Part shown: piece by piece, positions 39,576 to 49,766 of the stretch
Numbering within the stretch: the first letter of the stretch is position 1
Layout: each line of letters opens with the position of its first letter
Assembly (NCBI GenBank): GCA_046328905.1
Contig: JAXLVP010000001.1
Span: 3,175,541-3,239,540, forward strand
DNA: 64,000 nt
Direction: 5' to 3'
Source: Bdellovibrionota bacterium
Lineage (GTDB): Bacteria > Bdellovibrionota_C > UBA2361 > SZUA-149 > CAZDWZ01
Made by a program: the position numbers and the translations under genes
The notes under the pieces: generated by a model
What the model saw: only the letters and a program-made list of their open reading frames with translations
Told to the model about the DNA's origin: nothing
Database searches by the model: none

Positions 39576-39727
39576 GCGGTGCATCCGATCTGAACGAGGT
39601 CGGTAAAGCGTCCATTGAAGAAAACCGCCTCACCGACCACTTCGCGGTGGGATTCGAATAAAGACCGAAGCGAATTCGGCCGAAGCTCATAATCAGGATT
39701 GAAAGCTTCTGAGCTCCCAAGGTCGGG

Positions 39728-40549
39728 ATGGAAATAGGTAGTATCAACAGCTCTTCAGCGCTCGTTCCGAGCCCTGCGCGTCGGACCGAAGGTGCAGCAC
39801 CTCAAGCAGCCTCGAACGCACCTGCAGATTCAGCCCCCTCGCTGCCCGAAGAAAGATTGCGCGCTCGTGCCGGCGGAGCGTCTTTCTCCTACCTCACTTC
39901 AGAGGGGGATCGAGTAACACTGACCGCCTACAGTCAAAATGGCGTGAGCCTCGAGCGGAGAGCGACCGCAACGAATGAGGTGTATTCGTTCGAGGAGCTG
40001 AAGTCCGCCTATGCGTCCGAGGGATTCTCTCTTCAAGTGGAGGGAGATCTGAACGAAGCCGAAATCAAGGATCTGGAGACGGCAGTGAACGTGACTCGCG
40101 GCGTCGTTGATGATCTCGCTCACGGCTCGACATCAAGCATTTTATCAGTCTACGGCTTAGCCGGTCTCGATACCATTGACCACATAGAGCAAGGCTCCGT
40201 ATTTCGAGCGTCTATGGCAACCGCGTTCGAGCCTATCGTTCTACAAGACAACTCGAGGCCGCTGACGCTCGATATGGGGTCGCGGCCGCCAACAAGAGAG
40301 AGAAACAACTACGTTCCGCTCGAAGAACGGGACCCCGGCCTAGTGGTAAAGAACGAGCAGCTACAAGCTCAGACGAAAGATGAGATGGGGGACGCCCTTG
40401 CCGGGCTCTTTGATCTCTTGCATGCGGGACAGAAAGTGACGAGTTTTCAAGCTCTCGCGGCGGTCACTTACAGCCAACAGATAGCGGCTTGGCTGTCCGA
40501 TCCGCAACACGCTTCGAACGGCGGCGGCTTGGGTCGAATTGCGGCTTAA
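39728..40549 (+). CDS. hypothetical protein
   Basis: 273 aa with an Ala/Pro/Ser-rich N-terminus. No motif recognised. Confidence 0.5.
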   Translation: MEIGSINSSSALVPSPARRTEGAAPQAASNAPADSAPSLPEERLRARAGGASFSYLTSEGDRVTLTAYSQNGVSLERRATATNEVYSFEELKSAYASEGFSLQVEGDLNEAEIKDLETAVNVTRGVVDDLAHGSTSSILSVYGLAGLDTIDHIEQGSVFRASMATAFEPIVLQDNSRPLTLDMGSRPPTRERNNYVPLEERDPGLVVKNEQLQAQTKDEMGDALAGLFDLLHAGQKVTSFQALAAVTYSQQIAAWLSDPQHASNGGGLGRIAA

Positions 40550-41415
40550 AGAACAGCATCACGCTTGCCAGGTGTTGAGGTCGGGAGCGAACTATCGTAC
40601 CGCCCGGAAAGGATGCCCCAGATGTCGGAAATCCGAAACAGACTTGCTCGCCGTTCCCAGAGTCGTTGATAGGCTGCCGAATCCGGCCATCGATAATAGC
40701 TCCCCGAATCGGTGGCCTGAGATGAAGCTGTGAGCTCGCCGCGGCTGAACTTGTCGAGGACTTCCGGAAGAAGCTGCGCTGCGCCGAGAGCCGTGAGGTA
40801 ATAACTGAGCTGAACCGAGCGCACGTTCGAAAGACTGAACCTGTGTTGAGCTAATACTCCGCCGGTGTCGATCGACTCGTCCTCTATCAGGTGCAGCGTG
40901 CACCCGTGTTCGGCGGCTCCCTCGCTGAGTGACCAAAAATAAGGCTGTATGCCACGGAAGTCCGGGAGCAGCCCAGGATGGATGTTTATCACTCCCAGCC
41001 GGGGCACCGCGAGAAGGGGTTTTCTGACGATCTGATGCATCAACGTGATGATTACGTCGGGTGAGAAAGCTTGAAGCGCTGCGATTGTGTCTTGCGAATT
41101 GATGTCCGTCGACTCAATGTATTTCGCACCCACGTTCCGGGAGATCCAAGACAGGCGACGGAATACTGCTCCGCGTCGCATGACCTTCGGGCAGTAGGTG
41201 AGCGTAAGGAGGCCAAGGTGCTCGACGAGCTTCGCAACAATGAAACGTCGCGAAAGCTTCGGGAGCACGCTCGAGGCGCTCTCCATGCGGCTCTTCGCTC
41301 GCAGGGTGAGAGGAACCTTGATAACCAGAAGCTCATTCTCGGGACGCAGCGAGTGATATCGCTCGATAATGTGGTTATGGAGGACGTATTCAGAGAAAAG
41401 GAATGCGATCCGCAT
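40546..41415 (-). CDS. formyltransferase family protein (Fmt/ArnA N-domain-like)
   Basis: GVINIHPGLLPDFRGIQPYFWSLSEG matches the formyl_trans_N catalytic region (N-I-H-P-S/G-L-L-P-x-x-R-G). Confidence 0.75.
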   Translation of the reverse strand: MRIAFLFSEYVLHNHIIERYHSLRPENELLVIKVPLTLRAKSRMESASSVLPKLSRRFIVAKLVEHLGLLTLTYCPKVMRRGAVFRRLSWISRNVGAKYIESTDINSQDTIAALQAFSPDVIITLMHQIVRKPLLAVPRLGVINIHPGLLPDFRGIQPYFWSLSEGAAEHGCTLHLIEDESIDTGGVLAQHRFSLSNVRSVQLSYYLTALGAAQLLPEVLDKFSRGELTASSQATDSGSYYRWPDSAAYQRLWERRASLFRISDIWGILSGRYDSSLPTSTPGKRDAVL

Positions 41416-41574
41416 AGCTCTTCGTAGCTGAAAGGCTGCCGAAACGGCAATACCAAGTCAGTTGTAGGTCGAACGTGTTTGCATCCGCGCGGCGCCGACG
41501 ACTGAGGCCGAAATCACATGAGTCAGGAGCACGACTGCGCATCAGATATGCGAGGGCTCTCTCCTCGAGGCCGC

Positions 41575-41892
41575 TCAAACCCGCTTATCCCGCGTGCGAG
41601 TGAAACGGAGAGCCTGCGTGAACAAGCCGATTACGGTTAAGGGTAAAAGCACATAGAGGATTAAGACAGCCGCCACTAAAAGCTCGCCGAAGCCGAGCAT
41701 TTCGTCGAAGCGCCCTCCTTCAAAGAAGTGGTTCCGAGCTTCTGCGAGCACTGAAGCGGTCAGTGTCAGCGAAACGCTTCCAAGGAGAAACGCAAACAGA
41801 AAGTTGAGCGCTAGACGGACCAAACCGCCCACGAAGGAGCTCGAGGGGGGAGGAAGCTGGAATCGACGAACTAAAAAACGAAAAAGCCGCAT
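41575..41892 (-). CDS. small hypothetical membrane protein
   Basis: 105 aa with two hydrophobic helices. Confidence 0.4.
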   Translation of the reverse strand: MRLFRFLVRRFQLPPPSSSFVGGLVRLALNFLFAFLLGSVSLTLTASVLAEARNHFFEGGRFDEMLGFGELLVAAVLILYVLLPLTVIGLFTQALRFTRTRDKRV

Positions 41893-42167
41893 GAGCTGTC
41901 GGGGACCAAGCCGTTGTTGGACATCGCACAGAGTGGAACTCTCGACCTGTTCGGCGACAGCGGACCTCGAGCAACGTGGTGGTCGCTGTCCTGGACAAGA
42001 GCCGATCGAATCTCTCTTTTGTTATGATTGCTCGGACTCCGGCGTACGCGTTTCTGACCCCGTTTTTGACGCCCAGTTACCGTGCGCGGCTCGACGCCAG
42101 CGCCCATACTCATACTGCACCATCGGATACTCGTTCCGGCGCGACCGGGAGCTCTCGAGGCTTTTCC

Positions 42168-42824
42168 TTATGAGAGCTTTGCCCGGCGTTTGAGCTCCTT
42201 ATCGCTGGGCGCTGTAGTAACCATTGTGCCCGGCTCAACCTCGCCGACGGGCTCGTATCTACTCATGACAACGCCCGTACTCGAAGTCTGCGTTTTCACG
42301 AGACGTAGCGTGCTGGGCTTTGAGTTGGTTTCAAACAGCCGTTTTCCGCGACCGAGCACCAACGGATATGTCCACACATTGAGCTCGTCGATTAACGAAG
42401 CCGCCTGGAGGGATTGGAGCAAGTTCGCGCTGCCGATAGTTTGAAGATCGCGCCCCGGCTGCGCTTTGAGCTTTCTCAGGGCTGCGACAGCGTCATCGCC
42501 AAGCAGCTCCGCATTGTTCCAGCCTACCTCTTTCAAAGTCCGCGAAGCGACATACTTCTTCGCTGAGTTGAGAGATATTGCGATTGGATTATCGGGGGCT
42601 TGATAGGGCCAGTAGGCTTCGAAGATCTCATAAGTAAATCTTCCGAGGACGATGTCGCGCCCAGTTCCGTCGAAGCCGCTTTCGGAAATATCGGATGTCG
42701 GGTCCATGAATTTGGCAATCCAACCCCCGAAGCCAAATCCCCCCGTAGGGTCCTCGTCAGGTCCGCCAGGCGCTTGCATGACTCCGTCCAGGGACACAAA
42801 CGCAGACGCGATAAGTTTTCTCAT
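42168..42824 (-). CDS. dihydrofolate reductase-like (RibD C-terminal domain) family protein
   Basis: N-terminal MRKLIASAFVSLDGVMQAPGGPDED is the signature of PF01872-type proteins. Confidence 0.8.
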   Translation of the reverse strand: MRKLIASAFVSLDGVMQAPGGPDEDPTGGFGFGGWIAKFMDPTSDISESGFDGTGRDIVLGRFTYEIFEAYWPYQAPDNPIAISLNSAKKYVASRTLKEVGWNNAELLGDDAVAALRKLKAQPGRDLQTIGSANLLQSLQAASLIDELNVWTYPLVLGRGKRLFETNSKPSTLRLVKTQTSSTGVVMSRYEPVGEVEPGTMVTTAPSDKELKRRAKLS

Positions 42825-42948
42825 TGAGTAGTTCTCCTTCAGACTGTCGTGCTGATGAACTCGCTACGATGCGCGAACGATCGTCATCGAATTACTCATA
42901 TTGTCGCAGTACGTCATCCGCATACGCGTGAACGAGAGAGAATCTTTA

Positions 42949-43479
42949 TCATGCTTTTCTGCGACCGGCGTGAGTTTTTAGCGCCGTCTTCCGTCGGGAG
43001 CGGGGCCATCCGCTTTCCATCTCCTTGTAGGCCTTCTTCGAAATCGTAGTGCGGCTCTTGGGCCTGCTTTTTCCGGCATGCTTGCGCTTATTGATATTGC
43101 CGACGAGCGAATTCTTTGTCGTCTTTCGCGGGGAGGGTTTGGCGTGCGGTTTTTTCGCTCCCCTCGCATATTTTGCGAGCAGTGCTTCACCCTTTTTCGC
43201 GAGTCGTTTTGCCGCAGCCATCGTCCGCGGCACCGGCTCTCCCCATGCGTGAGCGGAAAGAGCCAACCGGGTGGGCTTCCCATTTTTCATCATTGGTCCA
43301 CGCGGATGTGTGAACATACGGCGCAGAAACGAGCCTTTGCGGCGTTGCTTTTCCGGTGTATCTGCCGGTCCTCGGACTCCGGGTTTTAATTGGGAGCCCT
43401 CCTTTTCACGAAAGTATTTTCGGCCTGAGGCAGTTAGTCCGCCACGTGAATCCTTTCGGCGCTGAGCTTTGGATTGCAT
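42949..43479 (-). CDS. conserved basic (Lys/Arg-rich) hypothetical protein
   Basis: 176 aa, very basic. The GGLT..GRKYF...LKPGVRG...GSFLRR...PRGPM..NGKPTRLALSAHAWGE segment looks like a conserved family I cannot name. Confidence 0.5.
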   Translation of the reverse strand: MQSKAQRRKDSRGGLTASGRKYFREKEGSQLKPGVRGPADTPEKQRRKGSFLRRMFTHPRGPMMKNGKPTRLALSAHAWGEPVPRTMAAAKRLAKKGEALLAKYARGAKKPHAKPSPRKTTKNSLVGNINKRKHAGKSRPKSRTTISKKAYKEMESGWPRSRRKTALKTHAGRRKA

Positions 43480-43702
43480 GCTCCTCCTATGGCTCTGTAG
43501 TTCGCCAATCTTCGTTCCATCGCCTCGGCTGAGTATATGACAGGGATCGGTTTGGACGGCCGAATGACGGGCATCGCTTTTCAGGGGACCCGCGTCGGTT
43601 GGAAGAATCCGACGTCAGAGTCTTCGCATAAGAACCTATGCAAAGAACCCTGCGCTCGGTGCCGACTAATCGCGTAGCCGGTTCAAAAGCGCTGTGAATG
43701 AG

Positions 43703-44485
43703 CTACTCGTCCACAGACCCGCCTGCGTCGCAGAGCCATAGCGTTTGTGTGGCGGTGAGAATATCAAGACACACGAGATAGCCGTAAGCGATCGTAGCCA
43801 AAAGGCAGAGGAACGCGGGTCCAGGCGATGCGGCATTATCCGTGAGAAGCAAGGCGTATACCACTACCACTGCCATGGACACCATGAATTTGCGAAACGT
43901 CCGATGGTAGAGCAGGTAAAGAGCTCGCCGTGCCCGACGGAGTGTCTCCTGCGGACCGAAATTGTATGCAGTCGTGCCCGAAGGACGCAACACAATGTAT
44001 GCCGACGCGCAAACCCCGAAAAGGAGTGGAGCGCTGATGAACAGCAGGTGGTTCCAACCTGGAACCGAGTTGTAAGTGCATACAATCGCTATTCCCAATG
44101 TTACCGTAGCGGCTACTGCGAGCTCGAGCAGCGCTCCCTTGCGGGCGGTCACTACGTTTCCGCGAATAGCATCTAGCTCGTCATTCAGCATTGTCATGAA
44201 GACCTCGATCGCCGAAAGGCAAAAAAAAAGTGTGCGAAACTCTGACATCGAGAGAGTGCGATGTCGGAGGGATAGGTGAGAAGAGGTGTCGAAGAGAAGG
44301 AGCGGAAACGCAGCGAGATAGTAATATAAGTGGAAAGTCCCCGCAATCGCCTGAACGCTGAGGTGGCGGCTCGGAATGATGAAGCTGTTGTGATCGCTCC
44401 GTCGAAGAATCAAGCATCGCTCTTTCCATCGCAACTGGGCCCGCTGAGGAACAAAGCTCGGCATCGCGCTTGGCCATGCCGTCAC
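43703..44485 (-). CDS. hypothetical integral membrane protein
   Basis: 260 aa with 6-7 hydrophobic helices. Confidence 0.5.
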   Translation of the reverse strand: MTAWPSAMPSFVPQRAQLRWKERCLILRRSDHNSFIIPSRHLSVQAIAGTFHLYYYLAAFPLLLFDTSSHLSLRHRTLSMSEFRTLFFCLSAIEVFMTMLNDELDAIRGNVVTARKGALLELAVAATVTLGIAIVCTYNSVPGWNHLLFISAPLLFGVCASAYIVLRPSGTTAYNFGPQETLRRARRALYLLYHRTFRKFMVSMAVVVVYALLLTDNAASPGPAFLCLLATIAYGYLVCLDILTATQTLWLCDAGGSVDE

Positions 44486-44567
44486 GCATCACGGGCCCTG
44501 GAGCAGCTCCAATGTCATTAGAATGCACAGCCTTACGCGGCACGCATCGACGGAGTGGATCAGCTCG

Positions 44568-45095
44568 ATGAACCTGTTTATACTATCTGGGTCCGTTCAA
44601 AGGTTCAAACCCTCGGAAGGAGAGTGGATCGTGAACGTGCTTGTCTTCGGCATCAAGGGGCGTTTCCAGCCGTCGGTTCCGTTCGTGTCTCCCTCGACGA
44701 TACACTACGTGAGCGAGCATACGCTCGGCACCGGTGCGATGGAGCATCATGTCGGAATCATGCTCGGCATGGATACCGTGGCAAAGTGGCAGATTGAGCT
44801 GGTGTACTTCCAGCTTTCGCTATTCGACGGTTCGCATCCGGAGCACTTCTTCTGCGGTACGGATGATAATCCCTATCTGGTGCTGCAGCAGATTGTCGAA
44901 AACATGAGCCGTGACACGCCGCACGGCCCGGCACTTCCGACCTCGGTTCCGATCGTGGTCATCGACGACTCTGCAGATGGCCCGTCAGACCGTTGGGCTT
45001 ACCCCGCCGTGGTCGCGCCGTTGCGGAATCGCGGTTACTCCGTGTCGATTGTTCGACAGCGGAAGGTTCTGGACCAGGGTCAGGCCCACCCGTAA
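44568..45095 (+). CDS. hypothetical protein
   Basis: Start at the internal ATG, with GGAGTGG upstream. Divergent from the membrane gene. Confidence 0.45.
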   Translation: MNLFILSGSVQRFKPSEGEWIVNVLVFGIKGRFQPSVPFVSPSTIHYVSEHTLGTGAMEHHVGIMLGMDTVAKWQIELVYFQLSLFDGSHPEHFFCGTDDNPYLVLQQIVENMSRDTPHGPALPTSVPIVVIDDSADGPSDRWAYPAVVAPLRNRGYSVSIVRQRKVLDQGQAHP

Positions 45096-45157
45096 CGGGC
45101 CGTATCTTCCGACTATACGTGACGTCGTGTTCTCTCGGCTCCGGCAAACACGCCCGG

Positions 45158-46204
45158 TTATTTACTTCTCAGATATGACCTCAGGTATTCGATCTTCGGT
45201 CCGGTTGCAGGAGCGCCGCTCGCGTTCAATGAAAAATCAAATGGCCCGTGGTCTCCATAACCGAGCACGGCGTCGCTCCATCCGTACTGCTGAACGATGC
45301 TTGTGACGTCCTCCAGGTATCGGGATGCGCTCGCTTCATCAGCGAACCGAGATACTCCAAACTCGCCGAGAAAAATATTTTGCTGGCCGACGGTCTTCCC
45401 AACTTTGACGAGCGATTTGACTATGCTCATCAACTTCTTTCGATTCGCGTTCTTGGTGGGATACTGCACCCCTGTGGCGTAGCCGTAGATACCCTGGTGA
45501 GTAAACGACGCGGGCGCGTACAAGTGGGCGCTGATCACGATTCCAGGAATGCCGCTCTTCAACACCTTTTTGAGCTTGGTAGCAAGAACCGGGTTGCCGT
45601 ATTCGGTGTCTACGATGATTGGGTGCACCGAATCGATCTGGCGAATCAGAACGGCCGTGTTGTATGCCAGATCATTTGCGGGAAGCATGCCGATCTTCTT
45701 GAGCGACTTGGCGGACGCATTGCCCATCTGCCATTCGTTGAAAATTTCATAGGCTGCAATTGCATCCTCGCCGACGTAGTGAGCCGCAAGCTTCTGCCAC
45801 GCGTTCAAGAACTCTGATTGCGCCCATGGGTAGGCGAAGAGAGCCTGCTGGGGCTTCTTACCGCCGTTATTCGAGTTGACCGTGTGACCGCCCGGCCCCG
45901 AGTAAAGCTCGAGAACCATTCGCATTCCGTTTCGCTTGAGTGCGGGAATCAATCGATCGACGTAACGGATCTGAGTATCGAGCCAGGCGTCGTACTGTTC
46001 TGCGTTGTCCGTGTCTTCTTCGGGATTGAAGAGCGGATAGCGAATACAGTTTACACCCCAGCCGCCGAGAGCGTCGATCTGTTGCGAGGTGACGATGTGG
46101 GAGACGTTGACGCCCCGACAATCAAGCGCGTATGCGGCCTGAGTTGTGTAAAGCGCCGCGGCAATAGCCAAAAATGTTAACCGAAGAAGTTTCACAAGCC
46201 TCAT
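45158..46204 (-). CDS. secreted glycoside hydrolase family 5-like protein
   Basis: Signal peptide. The EIFNEW segment corresponds to the GH5 NE(P) acid/base motif. The (beta/alpha)8-like order of conserved His/Tyr matches. Confidence 0.65.
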   Translation of the reverse strand: MRLVKLLRLTFLAIAAALYTTQAAYALDCRGVNVSHIVTSQQIDALGGWGVNCIRYPLFNPEEDTDNAEQYDAWLDTQIRYVDRLIPALKRNGMRMVLELYSGPGGHTVNSNNGGKKPQQALFAYPWAQSEFLNAWQKLAAHYVGEDAIAAYEIFNEWQMGNASAKSLKKIGMLPANDLAYNTAVLIRQIDSVHPIIVDTEYGNPVLATKLKKVLKSGIPGIVISAHLYAPASFTHQGIYGYATGVQYPTKNANRKKLMSIVKSLVKVGKTVGQQNIFLGEFGVSRFADEASASRYLEDVTSIVQQYGWSDAVLGYGDHGPFDFSLNASGAPATGPKIEYLRSYLRSK

Positions 46205-46514
46205 AAAGCGACAGGGTCCAGCGGACGGATACAGCTATTATCGGGCTTCGTAGGGGTTTCCTTGATGGAAACGTAGCGTGTCTTTTGACACTGCGGCAGA
46301 GCGCCGAGCGAAAGGGCGTTCGGTCGGAGATGAACTAGCGACGCCTTTGGGCGCAGTATGCTGGTCGCAAGAACAGCGGCGCGGGTGCATCAACCGGGGA
46401 ATGATCTCGATGCTTTACGAAAATGCTCCTCGTGCTCCACGCGATGGGCTCGAAATGGAATCACTCAGATTGTGAAGTAACCACGAAAAGTAATGGCGCT
46501 GACCAGCGAACATC

Positions 46515-47018
46515 TCACGGCCTATTCCAGTTCATCAGATCCGGCAGATTGAGCTCGAGTCTCATTTTTACGGTCGATGGATCGACCTCGCGCTCTGACC
46601 GATCGTTGAGCCACACTCGGGATGGAACTGCTTTGTAGATTCGTTTCACTGAGTCGCCGTGGAAGGTGTGAATCGGAACTGCTTCTCCGGGATACAAGAG
46701 GCTCAGTGCAAAAGAAAGCTCGGCATCGCCTAATACCTCGGACGCGGTGGCCAAGAGATATAAGCAGCGCAGGTTATTAGTGCCTCTCGCTCGAGTAGAG
46801 TCGTAGAGCGTCATGAACACTGGAGGATTACTCCGAATGTTGTTCGAATGCACAGCTCCGACCCAAGAGCTCCAATAAAAGTTTAAAGCCTCATCCCTGG
46901 GGGCATAGAGCGGAGTGTTCCACGGTTCCGCCAAATTGTTCGCCGTTGCGATATTTGCGTAAGCAACCGTCGCAAGAAGCTCTTTCGCACGTTCGATAGC
47001 ATGAAATGTATCGCTCAT
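46515..47018 (-). CDS. pyridoxamine 5'-phosphate oxidase-like (PNPOx/general stress protein 26-like) family protein
   Basis: YANIATANNLAEPWNTPLYAPRDEALNFYWSS is typical of PNPOx-like split-barrel proteins. Confidence 0.68.
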   Translation of the reverse strand: MSDTFHAIERAKELLATVAYANIATANNLAEPWNTPLYAPRDEALNFYWSSWVGAVHSNNIRSNPPVFMTLYDSTRARGTNNLRCLYLLATASEVLGDAELSFALSLLYPGEAVPIHTFHGDSVKRIYKAVPSRVWLNDRSEREVDPSTVKMRLELNLPDLMNWNRP

Positions 47019-47152
47019 AGCTCGTACCGATCACCTTGTTGCCATTTGCTGTGTATCTCGGAATCAATCATGAAAGTTTATCTGCGGGCAACAGTTGTGA
47101 AAACCGTGACCCGCAGCATGACCTTTTCGGCGGTCATGTGTTGCGCGCGGCC

Positions 47153-47719
47153 TCAGGCCGGTAGATTGCGGGCGACGAAGAACATCGAAGGAGCGAGTCG
47201 TTGATCGTAGCTTTCCGGGGACTCTTGAAGCCAACGGCCGATCTCTTCGCAAACCCGCCGCTTCGCGGCTTGGCCTGCTCGGTTGATCTGCCATCCGGTT
47301 GCCTGGATCTGTTCGTTCACGTGGCGCAGCAGCACGACCGCTTCCTGATCGTGCTCCGTCGTGCGGATGGAAGCTTGGCGCTGGAGGCGAACGTGCGCAG
47401 AAAGAACGACGACAAGCGACAGCAGCCGAAGAATCATGGGCGGTAGATTGGGAGCCCGAGCCCCGAGGACTTCGGACGCCCCGCAAAGAGCATCTGCAAT
47501 GTCGGTGCGGAATCGGAAGTCGTCGTCTCCGAGCGCTTCCGTCATCATCCGAGTTTCGGCTGCATCACGAAGGGTGGCAGCCCAAGCGGTCATCTGACCT
47601 CGGACTGTTGCGCGCCGCTCTGAAGGAGCGAAACGCTCGAGAGGGAGCGGAACATTCTTGCATGCTCCGCAAGCGGAGACGATTGCATCTGCAATCAAGC
47701 CGCGAATCACGGCATCCAT
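47153..47719 (-). CDS. hypothetical protein
   Basis: 188-aa ORF. Several overlapping alternative frames exist. This one has the most protein-like composition. Confidence 0.4.
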   Translation of the reverse strand: MDAVIRGLIADAIVSACGACKNVPLPLERFAPSERRATVRGQMTAWAATLRDAAETRMMTEALGDDDFRFRTDIADALCGASEVLGARAPNLPPMILRLLSLVVVLSAHVRLQRQASIRTTEHDQEAVVLLRHVNEQIQATGWQINRAGQAAKRRVCEEIGRWLQESPESYDQRLAPSMFFVARNLPA

Positions 47720-48093
47720 TGAATCTCTCCAAAACGAAGAAAAACGCTAAACTGTTGTCCACAATGCTGGGTTCATCCCAGGGCTGTGGACGTGAAGGTA
47801 TCGCATGGCTGAGTTAGGGAGAGAACAACGGTTGAGACGCAATATAGCAGAGATCATCTACCATTTCATCTTGGGGCGATTTGAACAAAGTGGGTACACG
47901 AACGGTGGAGGACGCGCGCGCCCATCCGCGCATGAGGAAGTGAAGGCGCGCAGTCGGCATAAGTATCTTGCGGTCACCCGCTCCTACACTGAGCGCGACG
48001 TCCCCGCGTAGAGAAAGAAGAGCACGGGCTTTTACTCCGATCGCGTGGGCGATCGGATCGAAAACCCGTGCAACGCTGACGTGAACGCGCCTT

Positions 48094-48573
48094 CTACTGA
48101 GCGTAGTCGTACACGTGACTGTCGAAGCTCAGATCGACCTTCAGAGCGAATTGGCGGAGGGCCCATTGCGCCTCTGCAGCTCGGCTCACATTCGCTGACT
48201 CCATGTTGCCGACAACGTTCTGGATCAGATCGCCGAGCGCTGGTCCCAGGCCCCCCGAAGCAAACTGTGGCGAGGTAGCAAATAGCTGAGGCGATGGAAA
48301 TGGATACAGTTGGGGACGCTGCCGAACTGTCTTTGGTGTCGCCGCTCCGAGCTCACCGGTCGGTACTGTAAAGTCGGGCCAGAGCGTCTTGAGCGATATG
48401 AGCAGCTGGTCTACCGTCGCTGCGTCCATTGGCCGTCGCATTCCTCGGGCTGACTCCACGAGGTACTGGACGACCTGCTCGAATACGTCCTTAGTGTTGG
48501 CGAACGCGGCTTCGGCGTCAGCTACGAAGTCGTCTGCGCCGGGAGGCACAAAAGTAATCGGTGCGTCTGTCAT
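48094..48573 (-). CDS. hypothetical protein
   Basis: Internal ATG with RBS GAAAGGCAAAGA-ATG. Confidence 0.5.
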   Translation of the reverse strand: MTDAPITFVPPGADDFVADAEAAFANTKDVFEQVVQYLVESARGMRRPMDAATVDQLLISLKTLWPDFTVPTGELGAATPKTVRQRPQLYPFPSPQLFATSPQFASGGLGPALGDLIQNVVGNMESANVSRAAEAQWALRQFALKVDLSFDSHVYDYAQ

Positions 48574-48900
48574 TCTTTGCCTTTCAAACCAAACGAGATC
48601 CAGATGGAACATTGGAAAAACCCGTGACTCATATGGAAGAGGGAAGGAGCAGAAGCGCGAAGCCGCGCGATTTTACTACGAGCCGGTAGGGAAATGCAAA
48701 GTTGTGGCGAGCGCTGCAATGGTATTCGCAGTGTAGACCATCGATAACGTGACCATCGGACGCGTAACTTCCGGTTCCGCCTGCTGAACAGGCTCACGGA
48801 CGGAGATGTGGGAGAGTGTACTAGGGACCTGCGGCAGCATAGTCCCTTATTCAAGAGCGGCGCAGTTCTGCGGCGAACACGATAGTACGGAACGATCGAA

Positions 48901-49461
48901 TTATACCCGCGCTTCGAATGCCGCACGAGGTGTTGAGCTCACCGGTAGGAAGTAGGCATTCATGCCTCGAGCGGACACCGGTCCGGATTGCACCGTCCAG
49001 AGACTCAAATCTCCCATGAACGCGTACCCCGGATAGTTCGGCTCAAAAAACTTTTCCGTGGCGACGAGCGCCGCCCGTACGTGTTTCTCGTTTACGCCGA
49101 GCTCTACGGTGAACGGAACGACACCGAGATCCGAAACGTATTCCGCTCGTTCAAAGATGAGCGTGTCCCAGCCGCCCGTCTGTGAGACGACGAACGAAAA
49201 CGACCAACTCGTCAGCTGACTGCGGATGAGCTGCGCACGGCTTCTGCGGTAGGCAGTGAACAAAGTGAGCGCGTTCAGGTTATCATTCATCACCAGCGTT
49301 CGCACGGCGTTACGCAGTCTACTCTCGAGGCGAAAAGCCGGTTCTTCGCGCTCCATGTAATACTTGAGCGCTCGTGCCATCACCGCCCAGATGTGCTCTT
49401 GGCTCACCGATCCAGCACGACCGCCTAAAACTGTCTCAACTCTCATAAGCTTCACCACCAT
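48901..49461 (-). CDS. hypothetical protein
   Basis: Internal ATG with strong RBS AAAGGAGAGA-ATG. Confidence 0.5.
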   Translation of the reverse strand: MVVKLMRVETVLGGRAGSVSQEHIWAVMARALKYYMEREEPAFRLESRLRNAVRTLVMNDNLNALTLFTAYRRSRAQLIRSQLTSWSFSFVVSQTGGWDTLIFERAEYVSDLGVVPFTVELGVNEKHVRAALVATEKFFEPNYPGYAFMGDLSLWTVQSGPVSARGMNAYFLPVSSTPRAAFEARV

Positions 49462-49766
49462 TCTCTCCTTTGCTCTATCCGAAGCAGCGAGGTCCAAAAC
49501 ACCCGTTTAACCTTTTCGCTGCCGCGGTCCACGTTTCGTAACGCCGAGACGTGAACCGCGATATGTTTTTCATGCGTGCGAGTAGAGAGAGCTTCTCGAG
49601 GTGGCGGAAAGTCCGCCGTCTGAATTGGTTAACGCAATTGCGTTTGAAGTGTGCGAAGCTTAGCAGGGATTCCCATACGCTCATAAATCAGAACAGCTTC
49701 AGCGCTGAGCAGTGGGGCGCTCAACTCAGGTCGAATCGGTCGACCGCGGTGATCGTCTCCGATTTA

